Assembly: GCA_051294375.1 (NCBI GenBank)
Contig: JBJCIZ010000851.1
Location: 1-10,131, forward strand
DNA length: 10,131 nt
Reading direction: 5' to 3'
Source: Paraspadella gotoi
Lineage: Eukaryota; Animalia; Chaetognatha
Part shown: positions 7,541-10,131 of the stretch, in pieces
How the letters are laid out: each line of letters starts with the position of its first letter
Numbering within the stretch: the first letter of the stretch is position 1
Notes under the pieces: generated by a model
Databases searched by the model: none
What the model was told of the DNA's origin: nothing
The model's input: the letters and a program-made list of their open reading frames with translations, nothing else
Translations under genes and position numbers: made by a program

Positions 7541-9350
7541 ACTATGCCTATCAAGCAAAAAAACTGTCTTATTTACATTTTCTATTAACTCTATTGTAGT
7601 AGTTGTATTAATTTTTATTCTATTTGGTTCAATACTTGTCTTATAGTTTTCGTGATTTCATTAATACAGTATTATATAGGATTATATAAAAAGTATAATA
7701 CATAAAATACGACAACCCGCCGCTAGAAAAAAATTGTCATTTACAAACCTGCAAAGATTTTTTTAATCTAAAAGTTTTTTCTATATTAATAAGCAAAATC
7801 ATTTATATTAGAACCAAATTCCTATAGTCGATCCCAAACCTTTTTTCATAATAAATTTTTATATTTTGGATAGAGAATGCAACTGGAATAATGTAAATCT
7901 TTAAGTTACGTCCTAATTGGCCCATGGTTTAGAAGAAATCGACCAAAACAACCAAAATTCCTCTTCCTTTTTTCACTTCTGCCTTTTAAAATCTCCGCCG
8001 ATTCTGACTATCCTCTTACAAACTTATTATTAATTCGCGCTCGTTAATTTTTTTTTCTTAAACGAGCGGAAGGGAATCCACAACTTTATCTGTTTTTAAT
8101 GATTTCTGGTAAAAAATGATAATAAACTTACATAAATTGGGATATTATGAAGTGTAATATCTATGAGCCTGTGAGAGTTAAATAATTAATTTAAAATTGA
8201 TTTTTACATTATTGAAAAATTAACATCAAAGAGGTGAGAAGTTGATGTCTTCCGGCTCATTTCAGTAAACATCCCTGTTCTCGTTCAATAAGATATGTTT
8301 AACTTTTTGCTGGTGGAAAAGAAAGGATATAAATACTAGGCTGTGTCGGGTAAATAATATTTTGTAAAAATTCTTGTAAGCATGCTTTGTAAAAATCAGA
8401 CAAACAAATATTTAAGTGACCAAAAATTTACATTTCTTTAATCCAAATAAACTTTAAAGTTTTATAATCAAGTACAATTTAGCCTTTTTTTTCTTTCAGA
8501 ATCATTAAACCAGAATTTAATTTTCATTTATTCTTATATGGGGTGTCATTAGTTTTAAAATTTCATTATACTTTTGGACTTAGTTGACACTTACCCTGTA
8601 AAGGGGTTTCATGTAAATAAAGTAATTCTAAAATTGTATCTTTTGTTATGTGCCTATGATTATGGCTTCATTTTGGTACTGAATGGCCATCCCTTTATCT
8701 TTATTCGCTTCAAAAGAATTAGAAAAATCAGCTTTTTTCTCAACCTTCCTTTAAATTTCTTTTTAAATAATTTCGCGATTTCAAGCCGGACTTTTATTTA
8801 AACTGATCATTTTATGGTCAAAATCATTAATAAATGAAAAAAGAAAAATAGGACAGCTATTAAGACACAAAAGCTATTCAGGAATTGCGAAATTCGAGTC
8901 TCTCAGTGTAAAGGAACATATAAGGGCAATCCGTTTGCATTTAAGTTTGTAATTATAAACTTTCCTTTCATTTATATAAGTAAAATGAGGTTTGAAAATC
9001 TCGTGACTATGAGGAGTGCATTTCCCCTGGCTGTTTGATATCAAAATCCTTCATCAATTTGTGAAAACCACGAATAGGAAAAGCTCTTGAGATGTAGGCT
9101 ATCGGAATCCTGCGTTTTACAACTGATTTTCTACCCGGATTTTTGGCAGCAATCGCGTTTGGCAATTTGGTAGTCAGATTGAACGGAAATATCTCTTATA
9201 AGAAAAAATTGTTGAATCTTTTTTATCTGATATTCAGCCATCTATTTATATATTCCAAGATTTTATATTGATTGGTTATGATTGATTTGCTTGGCAATGA
9301 CGTAGAAAGTTGCTTAAAAATCGTCTTTCATTTTAAAACTCATTTTAACG

Positions 9351-9420
9351 TTTTTAGTCGGAACTGCTTATCAGCAGATCTCGACTCTATAATCCACTTT
9401 GTACGGTCCGTCGCGTCCCC
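9351..9420 (+). mobile_element. 5' end of a HINE/DINE-1-like (Helentron-associated) non-autonomous element
   Basis: TTTTT, then hairpin AGTCG-gaa-CTGCT-tatc-AGCAG-atct-CGACT (9356-9386), then CTATAA, then a GTCC/GTCG-type short repeat (GTACGGTCCGTCGCGTCC, 9401-9418). Confidence 0.5.
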
Positions 9421-9483
9421 CCCTTAATCTTGTCGGGCACTCCACTTAAATCATGTCCGAAATCGAATTATGCATCATAACAT

Positions 9484-9602
9484 TTCTTTCATTTCGTTGT
9501 GGTTGAGTATTGGGAGACGTTTTTAATGTTGTCTACACAACGACGTTATATTGGTAGCAAAACGTATATGTTTTGGCTTGCATACAAGCCTTCTTCAGCG
9601 TT
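9484..9602 (-). mobile_element. Penelope-like element pseudo-LTR fragment (hammerhead + terminal stem)
   Basis: Minus strand: hammerhead, AATATA, GTTGTGTAGAC, then CACAACG; 8 bp inverted repeat TCGTTGTG 9494-9501 / CACAACGA 9536-9543. The left boundary is approximate. Confidence 0.55.
9561..9602 (-). ncRNA. Minimal type I hammerhead ribozyme with a core G-to-A substitution
   Basis: Minus strand: AACG-CUGAAGA-A-GGCUUG-uaug-CAAGCC-AAAA-CAUA-UA-CGUU. Stem I 4 bp, intact CUGANGA, stem II 6 bp, AAAA in place of GAAA, near-palindromic CAUA, UA at the UH site. Confidence 0.7.
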
Positions 9603-9607
9603 AACAA

Positions 9608-9730
9608 TTGTTATGCTTTTTTCTCCCAATAAAGTCATTGTAGAAAAACCTTAAAAAATGTCTCCCCGATAAAAATTATGCCAAAAAAAGCTCTCAGTCC
9701 ATACCGTTCCGTCCGTCAGAAGGTCCATCC
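9608..9730 (+). mobile_element. Possible second HINE/DINE-1-like 5' end
   Basis: TTGTTATGC, then hairpin TTTTTCT..CAAT-aaagtc-ATTG.AGAAAAA (9618-9648), then a decayed (GTCC)n at 9697-9729. Confidence 0.3.
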
Positions 9731-10131
9731 CACCTTTTCATTAAACTCCAATTACTCCGTGATTGGAATGGAGGCATTTGATGAAAATTTTGTGTTGTTG
9801 TTTTTTATAAAGTGTGTGATTAAGCTGAATATAAAGGTTTTGTGGAAAATTCGTGTTGGAAATGATTTAAATACCAAAAACAAAGTCAGCATTTACTTTA
9901 ATTCGTTTTACCTTAGTTAGAACCCATACACGGTTTTTTACATCGGATTTACTCCTCGGCAATGGAGCTGACAGATGAAAATGTCGGGATCTTTCCGGAC
10001 CTTTTGGGCTACAAACAAAAAAAGGACGGGTAATTCAAATTAAATTTTTTTCTCCTAATGAAATGACAGTTATTTTTATAAATTAACTATTTAAATTAGC
10101 ATATAATCAATAAGTAAGAATAAAAAAAATG

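Noticed and set aside
6740-9920. AT-rich ORFs 6740-6949, 7369-7554, 8574-8801 and 9678-9920
   Set aside because: Short F/I/L/K/N-biased chance ORFs; two overlap the palindrome or TE-like ends.
9965-9990. CTGACAGA-T-GAAA-ATGTC hammerhead-like string
   Set aside because: Wrong core spacing and no stem II.

Overview
AT-rich, almost certainly eukaryotic (invertebrate-like) non-coding DNA made up mostly of decayed transposon-type repeats. I cannot confidently name any protein-coding gene, and most ORFs in the track are low-complexity or chance ORFs. Seen directly in the sequence: (i) a near-complete minimal type I hammerhead ribozyme on the minus strand (9561-9602, core GAAA changed to AAAA) with a Penelope-like pseudo-LTR tail, plus a more decayed related motif at 3601-3641 (+); (ii) a ~1.6 kb degenerate foldback (4084-5663) whose right arm contains a ~300 bp tandem duplication; (iii) a 96 bp palindrome with one mismatch (7349-7444); (iv) ends resembling rolling-circle transposons (Helitron-like 3' end at 2606-2631; HINE/DINE-1-like 5' ends at ~9351 and ~9608); (v) a GC/CpG-rich block (5880-6480) with a 129-codon open frame and a cluster of promoter-type motifs; (vi) microsatellites, a ~74 bp tandem repeat and strongly purine-skewed tracts. 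Family assignments rest on motif recognition only; no searches were run.
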